DNA of 62,718 nucleotides, the filler included, from an uncultured bacterium (GTDB taxonomy: Bacteria; DAOPZR01): NCBI GenBank assembly GCA_964637655.1. It is 26 parts of 26 records of this genome, joined end to end, with 100 filler letters (N's around TTAATTAATTAA, not from the genome) between each part and the next. Parts side by side here need not be neighbours in the genome. Positions count along the whole stretch, not along the records: positions 37,199 to 39,496 come from CAZWUZ010000426.1; positions 39,597 to 41,887 come from CAZWUZ010000427.1; positions 41,988 to 44,237 come from CAZWUZ010000429.1; positions 44,338 to 46,586 come from CAZWUZ010000430.1; positions 46,687 to 48,928 come from CAZWUZ010000431.1; 21 more parts are not named here. The stretch is one strand, 5' to 3'. The position numbers and the translations under genes were made by a program. Positions 38,412-48,392 of this stretch are shown one piece after another (the stretch's first letter is position 1; the number at the start of each line of letters is the position of its first letter). The notes under the pieces were generated by a model. It made no database searches, was not told the DNA's origin, and was given only the letters and a program-made list of their open reading frames with translations.

Positions 38412-38977
38412 GTCTGACCGTCGGGGTTGCCGACCTCAAGCTCGGGCGTGAGGAGGACGGGCAGATCATCACCCATGCCCTCGGCTCGTGTCTCGGCATC
38501 ACCATCTACGACCCGGTGGCGAAGGTCGGGGGGATGCTGCATGCCATGCTGCCGCTCTCGACCATCGACACGGAGAAGGCGAAACGCCACCCTTACATGT
38601 ACGTCGATACGGGGGTGCCCCGTCTTTTCCTCGAGTCGTACAAGCTCGGCGCGAAGAAGGAACGGATCATCCTTACCGTGGCGGGCGGGGCGCAGACGCG
38701 CGAGGGGGATGGCGACTTCTTCGCCATCGGCAAGCGGAACATGGTGATGCTGCGCAAACTGCTGTGGAAGAACGGGGTGCTGATCAAGGCGGAGGAGACA
38801 GGCGGGACCATCTCGCGCACGATGACACTGCGGCTGACAGACGGAGCGGTCATCCTGCGCACGGCGGGCGCCGACCGGGAACTGCTCGGCCCGGCGCGGG
38901 TGGAACGCATTGCCGCGGACCGGGAGCCGGTGACCCGCGAGACGGCGGCGACAACGCCAGCGGAGGGAAACGGATGA
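38408..38977 (+). CDS. cheD: Chemoreceptor glutamine deamidase CheD
   Basis: LGSCLG...YD, GGMLHAMLP, YVD, AGGA, IGKRN, E.TGG..SR. Confidence 0.94.
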   Translation: MSLTVGVADLKLGREEDGQIITHALGSCLGITIYDPVAKVGGMLHAMLPLSTIDTEKAKRHPYMYVDTGVPRLFLESYKLGAKKERIILTVAGGAQTREGDGDFFAIGKRNMVMLRKLLWKNGVLIKAEETGGTISRTMTLRLTDGAVILRTAGADRELLGPARVERIAADREPVTRETAATTPAEGNG

Positions 38978-39399
38978 AACTGAATGTGCTGGTGGTCGAT
39001 GACAGTGCCGTGATGCGGAAGATGGTGATCCGCACGCTGCACCTCAGCGGACTGCCGCTGGGTGAAGTGCACGAGGCGGCCAACGGCGCCGCCGCGCTGG
39101 CGCAGGTGGCGGCGCACTGGACCGACCTGGTGCTGGTCGATATCAACATGCCGGTGATGAACGGCGAGGAATTCATCAACCGCCTGCGCGAAAGCGAGGC
39201 GACGCGCGACCTGCCGGTGATTGTGGTATCATCGGAATCGAGCGAAGCGCGTATCGACCGTCTGACGGAAAAGAACGTCGGGTTCGTGCACAAGCCGTTC
39301 ACCCCCGAGGCGATCGCCGAGGCGGCGAAACTGGTGCTTGGGCTGTCGGACGACCAGTTGCAGACGGGCGGCGGCGCCCCTGCCGGCGGCGACTTCTGA
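38974..39399 (+). CDS. cheY: CheY-like single-domain response regulator
   Basis: LVVDDS..MR, DINMPVMNG, KPFTPE. Confidence 0.88.
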   Translation: MKLNVLVVDDSAVMRKMVIRTLHLSGLPLGEVHEAANGAAALAQVAAHWTDLVLVDINMPVMNGEEFINRLRESEATRDLPVIVVSSESSEARIDRLTEKNVGFVHKPFTPEAIAEAAKLVLGLSDDQLQTGGGAPAGGDF

Positions 39400-39414
39400 A
39401 CGTCGCTGACAGCA

Positions 39415-39496
39415 TGTCAACCACGGAGCAGGAGATGCAACTTGTCAACCACGGAGCACACGGAGCACACGGAGCAGGTGACGCAACGAGGGGTCT
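39415..39496 (+). repeat. Nonamer repeat element (CACGGAGCA)n
   Basis: TGTCAACCACGGAGCA twice, then three CACGGAGCA units; matches 53607-53655. Confidence 0.85.
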
Positions 39497-39596
39497 NNNN
39501 NNNNNNNNNNNNNNNNNNNNNNNNNNNNNNNNNNNNNNNNTTAATTAATTAANNNNNNNNNNNNNNNNNNNNNNNNNNNNNNNNNNNNNNNNNNNN

Positions 39597-39658
39597 TTTT
39601 CCACCAGGTCGTCAACCACCAGGATATGCTGCGTTGCCGTCGCTCCCACGGGTGTCAT
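39597..39658 (-). CDS. N-terminal fragment of a response-regulator receiver protein
   Basis: MTPVGATATQHILVVDDLVE; ATGA overlap with the upstream gene. Confidence 0.6.
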
Positions 39659-40263
39659 TCCCGCGTCAGCGACAGGCCGGTGATGGCAACATACCCCCGG
39701 AACACCGGTTGCCATATCCGGTCATCCGGCAGGAGGCGTGGCAGTTGCCTGCCGGTCGCGGTTCTCTCCTGCCGCCCGGACAGACTGCCGTGATACTGGT
39801 AGCCGCCATTGTCGTACCGTTCGACGTGCATATACCATTCCGCGCCATTGGCCCGGAACGTCCGGATAAACGATTCCCCTTCTTCCTGCACCAGCATCCC
39901 GTTGCGCAGCGGGTAGATGATGTCGCTCAGCGCGCCATAGACCAGGAGCAGGGTGAGCAACAGCGCCCCGCAGACCATAACCGCCTGCCGGGGCAGTTCC
40001 TGAAAGACGCGGTCGAGACGGACACGCACGGCATGCCGGACGCGATCAGCGGCGCGGCCGGCGGCACCGGCCGCACGACTGAGGTCCCCGTCGAGCCAGC
40101 AGACCCGATACGCGCTGACAATGATCGCCCGTTTGTGCGCCGGAATGCTGCCGGTCCCGGCAGCAGCCGGTGCTGCCACCCGCCGGTCAGCCGCATGGTC
40201 CCGCCGGTCAGCCGCCGGCACGGCCGCCGCGCCATGCCAGCGCTGCCTGACCGCGTACCCCAC
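39655..40263 (-). CDS. Hypothetical single-pass membrane protein
   Basis: One TM helix, N-terminal AADRR repeat; start uncertain. Confidence 0.5.
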   Translation of the reverse strand: MGYAVRQRWHGAAAVPAADRRDHAADRRVAAPAAAGTGSIPAHKRAIIVSAYRVCWLDGDLSRAAGAAGRAADRVRHAVRVRLDRVFQELPRQAVMVCGALLLTLLLVYGALSDIIYPLRNGMLVQEEGESFIRTFRANGAEWYMHVERYDNGGYQYHGSLSGRQERTATGRQLPRLLPDDRIWQPVFRGYVAITGLSLTRE

Positions 40264-40274
40264 GCTGTTGCCCC

Positions 40275-40571
40275 CTACTGCTTGGCCAGCAGCGGCGTGC
40301 CATCGACGGAGCAATACTGATCTTCCGCCATGAATTCCCGGCCGCACGTCGGGCAATAGTTGACCTTGCCCATTTCGTGCCCGATCAATCCGCCCGCCCC
40401 GGCCCCGACCACGCCGCCGATCACGGCGCCGGTCGCGCCATTGTCGCCATTGGCGTCACCGATAAGATACCCCGACCCGGCACCCACCACGCCACCGATC
40501 GTCGCACCCTGCTGGGTGCTCGTGCAGCCGCACACACACACCATCAGTACCGCCAGCATCATTGCCTTCAT
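40275..40571 (-). CDS. Glycine-zipper lipoprotein with C-terminal zinc ribbon
   Basis: VCGC lipobox, GA.IGG..GAG.G..IG x2, CPTC..CSVDG. Confidence 0.85.
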   Translation of the reverse strand: MKAMMLAVLMVCVCGCTSTQQGATIGGVVGAGSGYLIGDANGDNGATGAVIGGVVGAGAGGLIGHEMGKVNYCPTCGREFMAEDQYCSVDGTPLLAKQ

Positions 40572-40706
40572 GTTCCCGTACCTCCCCGATAGTCATGTCC
40601 TGCATGAAACAGTGTACTCGCAAAGACATCCTGCAGCGATTGGCGCAAGGCGCTTTACCCTGACGATTATCCGCAGCGTGCCGATGCTGTCACCGCGGGC
40701 CTCTCT

Positions 40707-41285
40707 TCAAAACGAGTTCCGGTAGCCGAGCACATAGACCGTGCCCCCGTCCTCCCGTATCCGGCGAATATCAAGGTGATGGTCGACGATATAGCGCTGA
40801 TGCAGGTCTTTGAGCCGGCGATACATCACCTGCTGCTGACCATTGAAGTCATGCAGCATATCGGCAACCCACGGAAACTCGTAATTGTCCGCCACCGCCT
40901 CGGCCGTGCTGATGATGCGGCTGGCCGTGGCCTGCGCCAGGTGCGGATTCCGTTTCAATTCCTGGTAATCCATGGCGAACAGACTGGGCACAGCCGCAAC
41001 CGCGCAATACGGTGGCATGGGCAGCCAGATAATGGGCAGATCACCGCTGGAATCAGTGCTGACCACCGGACTGTCCAGCGCGGGCAGTTCCACACTCCCC
41101 GCCAACTGGACGGGCAGCACCAGCACCCCCCCGGCTGCCGGTACCGCAACGAACGCCAGTACCACCGTACTGGCCCGCGCCGTCACCGGCAGGAACGCCA
41201 CCAGCAGCATACTCAGCAGAGCGATTCCGGCGCATACTGGCGCGGCAGTAAGAAGGGAGTGAATGAACCCCTGCGCTCGCTTCAT
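40707..41285 (-). CDS. Hypothetical membrane or exported protein
   Basis: Hydrophobic N-terminus; AAGG before ATG 41285. Confidence 0.55.
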   Translation of the reverse strand: MKRAQGFIHSLLTAAPVCAGIALLSMLLVAFLPVTARASTVVLAFVAVPAAGGVLVLPVQLAGSVELPALDSPVVSTDSSGDLPIIWLPMPPYCAVAAVPSLFAMDYQELKRNPHLAQATASRIISTAEAVADNYEFPWVADMLHDFNGQQQVMYRRLKDLHQRYIVDHHLDIRRIREDGGTVYVLGYRNSF

Positions 41286-41461
41286 CCTTGCACCTTTTCG
41301 CGCAGTACGTCGTGCGCGACAGCGGATTTCGCCGTTGCCTTTGTCTACCAAGTATACCCCCGCAGGTGCTGCCCCGCCATTGGCGTTGCGTGCTTTGCGT
41401 TGACCATTGTCCGCAGCCGGTTGACCCGGCTGCCTGACCCCGGCGTTGCGGCGGCCGCGGG

Positions 41462-41887
41462 CTACTGCCGGTCGCGGAAATAGTCGGCCAGTTCCTGCTC
41501 GCGCAGGCAATCGTCGTACCGGCCCAGCGCAAACAGCGCGCTGGCCAGCGCGGCGTGCGCCTCGTCATTGGCAAACTGCAGGCGGTTCGCCGTGTCAAAC
41601 ACGATCGCCGCATCGGGATAATCACCTGCCAGCATGCGTTCGCGCCCCAACCGGCACAGTTCCGCGAAGGTCAGCCACTCCCGGTGCTGCGGTTGCGGCG
41701 CGGACGCGGTCGGTGTTCCTGCCGGTGGCGGCACGGCAACCAGCAGCGGCCAGCGCGCCGGCGCCACCGGTGCCGGCAACGCTGCCGGACGCACCGGCGT
41801 CGGAGCCCCGGCTGCGACCGGCCGCGGCAGCGCAAGTGGCGTGGCAAGCGCCGGACGCGTCAATGGCTGCGCCGCATAGGTTGCCAC
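41462..41887 (-). CDS. TPR-containing protein, C-terminal part
   Basis: Pro/Ala linker then G..R..AGDY.DA...F..A..L....AH..LA.ALF.LGRY. Confidence 0.7.
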   Translation of the reverse strand: MATYAAQPLTRPALATPLALPRPVAAGAPTPVRPAALPAPVAPARWPLLVAVPPPAGTPTASAPQPQHREWLTFAELCRLGRERMLAGDYPDAAIVFDTANRLQFANDEAHAALASALFALGRYDDCLREQELADYFRDRQ

Positions 41888-41987
41888 NNNNNNNNNNNNN
41901 NNNNNNNNNNNNNNNNNNNNNNNNNNNNNNNTTAATTAATTAANNNNNNNNNNNNNNNNNNNNNNNNNNNNNNNNNNNNNNNNNNNN

Positions 41988-42663
41988 CGCCGACGTCGTC
42001 CCATGGGTTGAGCCAGGCCTGGATACGCCCGGAGCCGTGGCTCTTGGTGCTGACCGCCAGCGCGACCACGCCCGCGAACAGGCCGCCCCCGCCCAGCACC
42101 TCGCGCCAGGAGAACCCGGCCAGCAGCAGCATGACCAGGGTGATCAGCGTGATGTTGATGGCCGTCCCGTAGTCCTTCTCCATCCCGATGAGCGGGATGG
42201 GGGCCAGCAGCATGAGCAGTTCCGTTTTCTTCAGGTCGCGCACGCTGCGCAGCGGCTTATCGCCGCGCGCGCGCACCATGCCGGCAATGAAGATGATCAT
42301 CGCCACCTTGACGAATTCCGACGGCTGCACGCGCGGCAGGCCCGGCAGGCCGAGCCAGCGCGAGGAGCCGTTCACCGTCACCCCGATGCCCGGCACGTAG
42401 ACCAGCACCAGCGCCACCAGCAGGATGCCGAGCAGCGTGATGCGCGCCATGAACAGCAGGTCGGGCGGCACCGTCAGACCGAGCAGGAAAAACCCCAGAC
42501 CGAACACCACCCACCCCGCCTGTGCGGTGAGAAAATTGTCCGCCGCCTCGCCGCTGCGCAGCGCCACGTGCGTGCTCGCCGAGTAGATCATCAGCAGGCC
42601 GAGCGAGACCATGATGACGGTCACCAGCGTCAGCCGCGGATCGAGCAGCCCGAGCAGGCGCAT
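41988..42663 (-). CDS. ftsW: SEDS peptidoglycan polymerase FtsW (3' truncated)
   Basis: GLLMIYSAS, VNGSSRW, QPSEFVK, D.GT, RI.AWLNPW; follows murD. Confidence 0.92.
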
Positions 42664-44021
42664 CAGCCGCACGCCGCCGCCAGCGCGTGCACCGCGTCCT
42701 TGAACACGCGCCCGCGCTCCTCGAAATCGCTGTAGCAGTCAAAACTCGTCCCCCCGGGCGAGAGCAGCACCACATCACCCGGCTGCGCCGCGGCCTTCGC
42801 CTTGCGCACCGCGTCCGCCATGTCCGTCGCCCGCACCGGTCGCGTCCCCGTCAGCGCCTGTTCGATCGTCTCCGCCAGTTCGCCGAACACCACCACCGCG
42901 CGCACGTGCATCTGCACCAGCGGGTCAAGCACCGCGTAGTCGCCCCCCTTGCCGCGCCCGCAGCCGATCCACACGATCGGCTGCCGGTACGACTGCAGCG
43001 ACTTGATCACCGCGTCGATGTTCGTACCCTTGGAATCGTTGACAAAGGTCACGCCGTCAATGGTCCGCACCGGCTCCAGCCGGTGTTCCACTCCGCGGAA
43101 GGCGCGCAGGCCCTGCGCCACCGTCGCGGCCGGCACCCCGTACGCCAGCGCCACCGCTGCCGCCGCCATCGCGTTTTCCAGGTTGTGCGGACCGGGAATG
43201 CCGAGGTCGGCTGCCGGCAGGAGCGTCTCCACCACGCCGTCGCGCCGCCAGCAGAGGTTGCCCTCGGACGGGTAGACCGCCCACGGGAAAGCGTCGGCCC
43301 CCGCCCCGATATACAGGCGGCGCGCGCGCGACGTTTCCGCCAGCGCCCGCGCCTTCACGTCGGCACAGTTCACCACCGTCCAGTCGTCCGCCGCCTGATA
43401 GTCGTAGAGGTGCCCCTTGGCGGCAAAATAGCTGTTCAGGTCGGGATAGCGGTCGAGATGGTCGGGAGTCAGGTTGAGCAGCACCGCCACGCGCGGGCGC
43501 ATGCTGCTGATGCCCTCCAGCTGGAACGACGACAGTTCGCAGACATAGACGCGCTCCGCGCCCGCCGCCTCCTGCGCTGCCCGCGCCAGGGGATGGCCCA
43601 TATTGCCGCAGGTGACCGCCGGCAACCCGGCCGCGCGCAGCAGTTCGCCGGTCAGCGTCGTCGTGGTCGTCTTGCCGTTGGTCCCGGTGATCCCCACTAG
43701 CGTGCCGCGGCAGAAGCGCCAGCCGAGCTCGATCTCGCCGATGAGCTCGATCCCGCGCCGCCGCGCCTCGGCCAGCAGCGGGATGTCCGGCGGCACCCCG
43801 GGACTGACGACGACTCCGCTCACGCCGTCGAGCAGCGCCAGCGGATGCCCGCCCAGGTGGTGCGGAAAACGCTCATACCCGGCGGCAAATCGGCCCAGTT
43901 TGTCCGCCGGCTTGCCGTCGTTGAGCAGCACCGTCGCGCCGTGGGCCTGCAGCAGTGCCGCCGCCGCCAGCCCCGAGCGGGCGATCCCGACGATCAGGTA
44001 TTTTTTTCCGCGCACGTCCAT
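42663..44021 (-). CDS. murD: UDP-N-acetylmuramoyl-L-alanine--D-glutamate ligase
   Basis: VVSPGVP, GITGTNGKTTTT, ELSSFQL, PDHLDRY, EHRLE, NDSKGTN, LLSP...SFD. Confidence 0.97.
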   Translation of the reverse strand: MDVRGKKYLIVGIARSGLAAAALLQAHGATVLLNDGKPADKLGRFAAGYERFPHHLGGHPLALLDGVSGVVVSPGVPPDIPLLAEARRRGIELIGEIELGWRFCRGTLVGITGTNGKTTTTTLTGELLRAAGLPAVTCGNMGHPLARAAQEAAGAERVYVCELSSFQLEGISSMRPRVAVLLNLTPDHLDRYPDLNSYFAAKGHLYDYQAADDWTVVNCADVKARALAETSRARRLYIGAGADAFPWAVYPSEGNLCWRRDGVVETLLPAADLGIPGPHNLENAMAAAAVALAYGVPAATVAQGLRAFRGVEHRLEPVRTIDGVTFVNDSKGTNIDAVIKSLQSYRQPIVWIGCGRGKGGDYAVLDPLVQMHVRAVVVFGELAETIEQALTGTRPVRATDMADAVRKAKAAAQPGDVVLLSPGGTSFDCYSDFEERGRVFKDAVHALAAACG

Positions 44022-44035
44022 CACGTTCTTCTCCG

Positions 44036-44237
44036 TTACCGCAATTTCAGCGTCGTCAGCGCCGCCAGCGCCAGGATCACACTGTTCCGGTGGTTATCAG
44101 CGGCGCCGCCGCGTTCCACGCGCCGGCGCAGTTGGGCGGCCCCGTGCATCGTGCTCACCGCAGTTTCAGCGTGGTCAGCGCTGCCAGCGCCAGGATCACA
44201 CTGTTCCGGTGGTTATCAGCGGCGCCGCCGCGTTCCA
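44036..44237 (-). repeat. Tandem 83-bp direct repeats (period 119) each ending in the last 15 codons of mraY
   Basis: Copies at 44036-44118 and 44155-44237 both encode VILALAALTTLKLR*; 4 differences, all synonymous. Confidence 0.9.
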
Positions 44238-44337
44238 NNNNNNNNNNNNNNNNNNNNNNNNNNNNNNNNNNNNNNNNNNNNTTAATTAATTAANNNNNNN
44301 NNNNNNNNNNNNNNNNNNNNNNNNNNNNNNNNNNNNN

Positions 44338-45333
44338 ATTCTCTATGCCGGGACACCGGCCGACCAGCGGTCGGCACTGCTGCGCCTGCAGACGGTGTCC
44401 CCGGAGGCAACCGATACCTCGGTGCTGGTTGTCGCGCGGGCGCGGTTCGAGCCGGCCGACGGGCTGATTGCCGTCGCTGACGGCACCACCCTGGGCGGAC
44501 GCCACGTGCGGGTGCAGGAACTGCTGGTGCGCGAAGGGGACTGGGTCGATTCCGGCGCTCCGCTCGCCATCCTCGACACGCGCGAACGTGCCCGCACCGG
44601 CCTGGTGGAAGCGCAGGCGGCGCTGCGCGCTGCCGGTGAACGGCGGCAGCAGGCGGCCATCACCAGCGGCAGCGGCGGGCTGGCGGCGCTGCAGGCGACG
44701 GTGGACCGTCTCACCCGCGAACATGCGTATGCTGCCGGCGAGCATAACCGCGCCTGCGAACTCCTCCGCGTCGGCTACTGTGCGCCGGCGGAAGTCGACG
44801 CGCGGCGCGTCGCCATGGAATCCGCGGCCGCCGAGCTGCGGCGGGCGGAAGCGGAACTCGCGCAGCAGATGAAACTGCGCGCGAGCGCCCTGCAGGCGGC
44901 GGACGCGGATGTGACGGCGGCAGCGGCGCGGGTGGCCGCGCTGCAGTATGAAATGGACGAAGCGGTGCTCAGCGCCCCGGCCGCGGGCCGGGTACTCCGC
45001 ATCTTCGCCCGCACCGGCGAAGCGCTCGGGCCTGACGGCCTGCTGCAGCTGGGGAACACCGCGACAATGGACGCCATCGCCGAGGTCTGGGAGAGCGAGC
45101 TCCACCTGCTGCGCCCCGGGCTGCGCGCACGCCTGAGCAGCGAGGCGCTCCCCGCACCGCTTACCGGCACGGTGACGGACATCAGTCGCAGCGTGCGCCG
45201 TCCGGAACTGCTCGACCTGTCGCCGACGGTCCCGGCGGACAACCGCGTTGTCGAAGTGCGGGTGCGGCTGGCGGACGCGGAAACGGCCGGCCGCTTCACC
45301 GGTCTGAACGTCCGCTGCACCTTCCTGCGCTGA
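44338..45333 (+). CDS. HlyD-family membrane fusion protein, DevB-like (5' truncated)
   Basis: LLVREGD.V..G..LA.LD, coiled coil, APAAGRVL.I..R.GE, AEV.ES, RVVEV.VRL. Confidence 0.85.
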   Translation: MLYAGTPADQRSALLRLQTVSPEATDTSVLVVARARFEPADGLIAVADGTTLGGRHVRVQELLVREGDWVDSGAPLAILDTRERARTGLVEAQAALRAAGERRQQAAITSGSGGLAALQATVDRLTREHAYAAGEHNRACELLRVGYCAPAEVDARRVAMESAAAELRRAEAELAQQMKLRASALQAADADVTAAAARVAALQYEMDEAVLSAPAAGRVLRIFARTGEALGPDGLLQLGNTATMDAIAEVWESELHLLRPGLRARLSSEALPAPLTGTVTDISRSVRRPELLDLSPTVPADNRVVEVRVRLADAETAGRFTGLNVRCTFLR

Positions 45334-45336
45334 ACG

Positions 45337-46491
45337 ATGGCGTTCCACATCCCGCTCGCCTGGTACCAGGTCACCCACCGCAAGGTGCGCCTCGCGGTCG
45401 CCACGGCGGGCATCACCTTTGCCGTGGTGCTGATGTTCATGCAGGTCGGCTTCCGCAACGCGATGAACGACAGCAGCACGCAGTTCATCCGCTCGTTGCG
45501 TGCCGACCTGTTCCTCATCAGCCGCCAGTACCAGTATATCAACTCCTTCGCGCGCTTTTCCCTGCGCCATCTTTCCGCCGCCCGCGCGGTCCCCGGGGTC
45601 GCCGACGAGGTGCCGGTCTATTTCGACAAGATGCTGTGGAAGAGCATCGACGGCGACCTGAGCGAAGTCATCATCGTCATCGGCGTGCCACCCGCGCGTG
45701 AAGTGTTTGCCGTGCCCGACACGCAGCGCCAGCTGGTGCGGCTCACCGAGCCGGGCACCGTGCTCTTCGACCGGCTGGGCATGGACCGCTACGGGCCGGT
45801 GCTGGCGCACCTTGCCGCGGACACCCCGGTGCGCGCCGAGATCAACGGCCGGCACGTGCGCACGGTCGGCACCTTTGCCCTGGGGGCCACCTTCGTCGCC
45901 CCGGGCAACGCGCTGACCAGCGACCTTGGACTGCTGCACCTGCAGCCCGGGCGCAGCAGCGACCAGGTCGATTACGGCCTGCTGACGCTGGTCCCCGGCA
46001 GCGATACGCCGGCGGTGGTGGCCGCGCTGACCGCGCTGCTCCCGCCCGAGGTGCGGGTGCTGACCCGGCAGGAGATGCTGGACCATGAAATGGCGACCTG
46101 GAACGCGGTGGCCCCCATCGGCTACATCTTCAATTTCGGCGCGCTGATGGGCTTCATCGTCGGGCTGGTCTTCGTCTACCAGATCCTCAGCGCTGACGTG
46201 AACGAGCACCTGCCCGAGTATGCCACGCTCAAGGCGATGGGCTACAGCAACGCCTACCTCTACGGGGTGGTGCTGCAGCAGGCGGCGCTGCTCGCGCTCT
46301 GCGGCTTTCTCCCCGGACTGCTGCTCGCCCGCTGGTTCTACGTCATGACCAACGCGGCGACGAGCATCCCGATGCACCTCACCGCCGGGCGCGCGGCCGA
46401 GGTACTGCTCATCACCCTGCTGATGTGCCTCGTGTCGGGGGCGCTGGCGCTCAACCGCATCCGGCGTGCCGACCCGGCGGACGTGTTCTGA
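45337..46491 (+). CDS. ABC exporter permease, DevC-like (FtsX/MacB type)
   Basis: IPLAW.Q, AGITFAVVLMFMQ.GF, YQIL..DV.EHLPEYATLKAMGY, ADPADVF. Confidence 0.9.
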   Translation: MAFHIPLAWYQVTHRKVRLAVATAGITFAVVLMFMQVGFRNAMNDSSTQFIRSLRADLFLISRQYQYINSFARFSLRHLSAARAVPGVADEVPVYFDKMLWKSIDGDLSEVIIVIGVPPAREVFAVPDTQRQLVRLTEPGTVLFDRLGMDRYGPVLAHLAADTPVRAEINGRHVRTVGTFALGATFVAPGNALTSDLGLLHLQPGRSSDQVDYGLLTLVPGSDTPAVVAALTALLPPEVRVLTRQEMLDHEMATWNAVAPIGYIFNFGALMGFIVGLVFVYQILSADVNEHLPEYATLKAMGYSNAYLYGVVLQQAALLALCGFLPGLLLARWFYVMTNAATSIPMHLTAGRAAEVLLITLLMCLVSGALALNRIRRADPADVF

Positions 46492-46586
46492 TGAGCGGCG
46501 CCCTCCCCCCCGCCATCGAGATCAGGCGGTTCAACCACTGGTGCGGCAGCGGAGCGCCGCGGAAGCAGGTGCGGGTCGACATCGGC
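46491..46586 (+). CDS. ABC ATP-binding protein, DevA-like, N-terminal fragment
   Basis: AIEIRRFNHWCGSG..RKQV..DI; coupled to the permease stop. Confidence 0.65.
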
Positions 46587-46686
46587 NNNNNNNNNNNNNN
46601 NNNNNNNNNNNNNNNNNNNNNNNNNNNNNNTTAATTAATTAANNNNNNNNNNNNNNNNNNNNNNNNNNNNNNNNNNNNNNNNNNNN

Positions 46687-47843
46687 GCCGCCGGGACCGC
46701 GCCGGCCGCCCGCACCGCCGCGACCAGTTCGGGCAGCGACGGCAGCAAGGCCTCGCGGGCCGCGCGCAGCAGCGCGACCTCGAGCAGCACCGCCGCATAT
46801 TCCTCCTGCTGGCGCATCTGCCGCACCGTCGCCAGCAGGCCGTCAAGCAGCCGCCCGACGCGCGCGGGCGCCACCGCGGCAAACAGTTCCGTGAGGCGCT
46901 CCCGCGCCTCCGCGCTCACTTCCTGCAGGTCGGCCGCCGGCACGCCGAGCCGCACCAGATGCGCCGCATGCACCGCGTCGACCGCGGCCTCAGCCAGGCG
47001 CACCGGGTCATGCCCCTCGCGGTCCGCCCCCTGCAGCAGTGTCAGCAGGCGCGGCCCGTCATCAGCCAGCAGCGCCGCCAGCAGGTCGAGCACCACCGCC
47101 TGCGGCACCACCCCGAGCGCCGCCCCGGCCACCGCCGCCGTCAGCTTTTCCCCGCCGGCAAACGCCACCGCCTGCTCGAGCGCGCTCTGCGCGTCACGCA
47201 CACACCCGTCCACCCCGCGCGCAATCAGGCAGAGCGCCTCCTCCTCGTGCGCGAGCTGCTCCTGCGCCGCGATGGTGCGCAGCAGCGTGACAATCTCCGC
47301 CGCGCTGACGCGGCGGAAATGGAAGCGCTGGCAGCGCGAGGCGACCGTGGCGGGCAGTTGCGTGCTTTCCGTGGTCGCGAGAATGAACGCGACGTGCGCG
47401 GGCGGCTCCTCGAGGATCTTGAGGAAGGCGTTGAAGGCGTTCTTGGAGAGCATGTGCGCTTCGTCGAGAATGAACACCTTGCGCCGCGCCCGCACCGGGA
47501 CGAGCTGCGCCTGCTCGCGCAGGTCGCGGATATGGTCGACGCTGGTATAGGAGGCGGCATCGATTTCGTGGATGTCGAGCGCCGTGCCCGCGCTGATGTC
47601 GGTGCACGAGGCGCAGGCATTGCACGGCTCGCCGTCGCGCAGGTCGGTGCAGTTCAGCGCCCTGGCGAGGATGCGCGCCGTCGTCGTCTTGCCCACGCCG
47701 CGCGGCCCGGCAAAAATGTAGGCGTGGCCGGCGCGCCCGCTGGCCACCGACTGGCGCAGCGCACGGGTCACGTGCTCCTGCCCGACAACGTCGGCAAAGG
47801 TCCGGGGACGGTATTTTCGCGCGAATACCTGGTACGTCGCCAT
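46687..47843 (-). CDS. dnaX: DNA polymerase III subunit gamma/tau (3' truncated)
   Basis: ARKYRP.TF.DVVGQ, GPRGVGKTT, zinc cysteines, EIDAAS, DEAHML, SRC. Confidence 0.96.
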
Positions 47844-47860
47844 CGTCACCACGGGAAAAA

Positions 47861-48133
<273 letters not shown>

Positions 48134-48158
48134 AGTTCTCTTCTCCTTGCAAAAAAAA

Positions 48159-48248
48159 TGGCGGAGAGGGAGGGATTTGAACCCTCGGTACCCGTAAGGG
48201 TACAGCGGTTTTCGAAACCGCCCGATTCGGCCACTCTCGCACCTCTCC
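48159..48248 (-). tRNA. tRNA-Ser (CGA)
   Basis: Cloverleaf with long variable arm, anticodon arm GCGGT-TTCGAAA-ACCGC, encoded CCA. Confidence 0.96.
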
Positions 48249-48288
48249 GCGACACGTTGCTGTGACCGTCATTGCCTATTTTCAGTTG

Positions 48289-48376
48289 TGGCGGAGAGGG
48301 AGGGATTTGAACCCTCGGTACGTTTCCGTACACTTGCTTTCCAAGCAAGCACCTTCGGCCGCTCGGTCACCTCTCC
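48289..48376 (-). tRNA. tRNA-Ser (GGA)
   Basis: Anticodon arm CTTGC-TTGGAAA-GCAAG, long variable arm, encoded CCA. Confidence 0.96.
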
Positions 48377-48392
48377 AAAACAGTAAATATGT

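Noticed and set aside
41290-41360. c-di-GMP-I riboswitch-like words (GGCAA..GAAA) upstream of the 41285 gene
   Set aside because: Lacks the GACGCAAAGC and second-stem consensus.
44036-44237. CRISPR array interpretation of the repeat with a 36-bp spacer
   Set aside because: The repeat unit is 83 bp, includes protein-coding mraY-like sequence, has only two visible copies and no cas genes.
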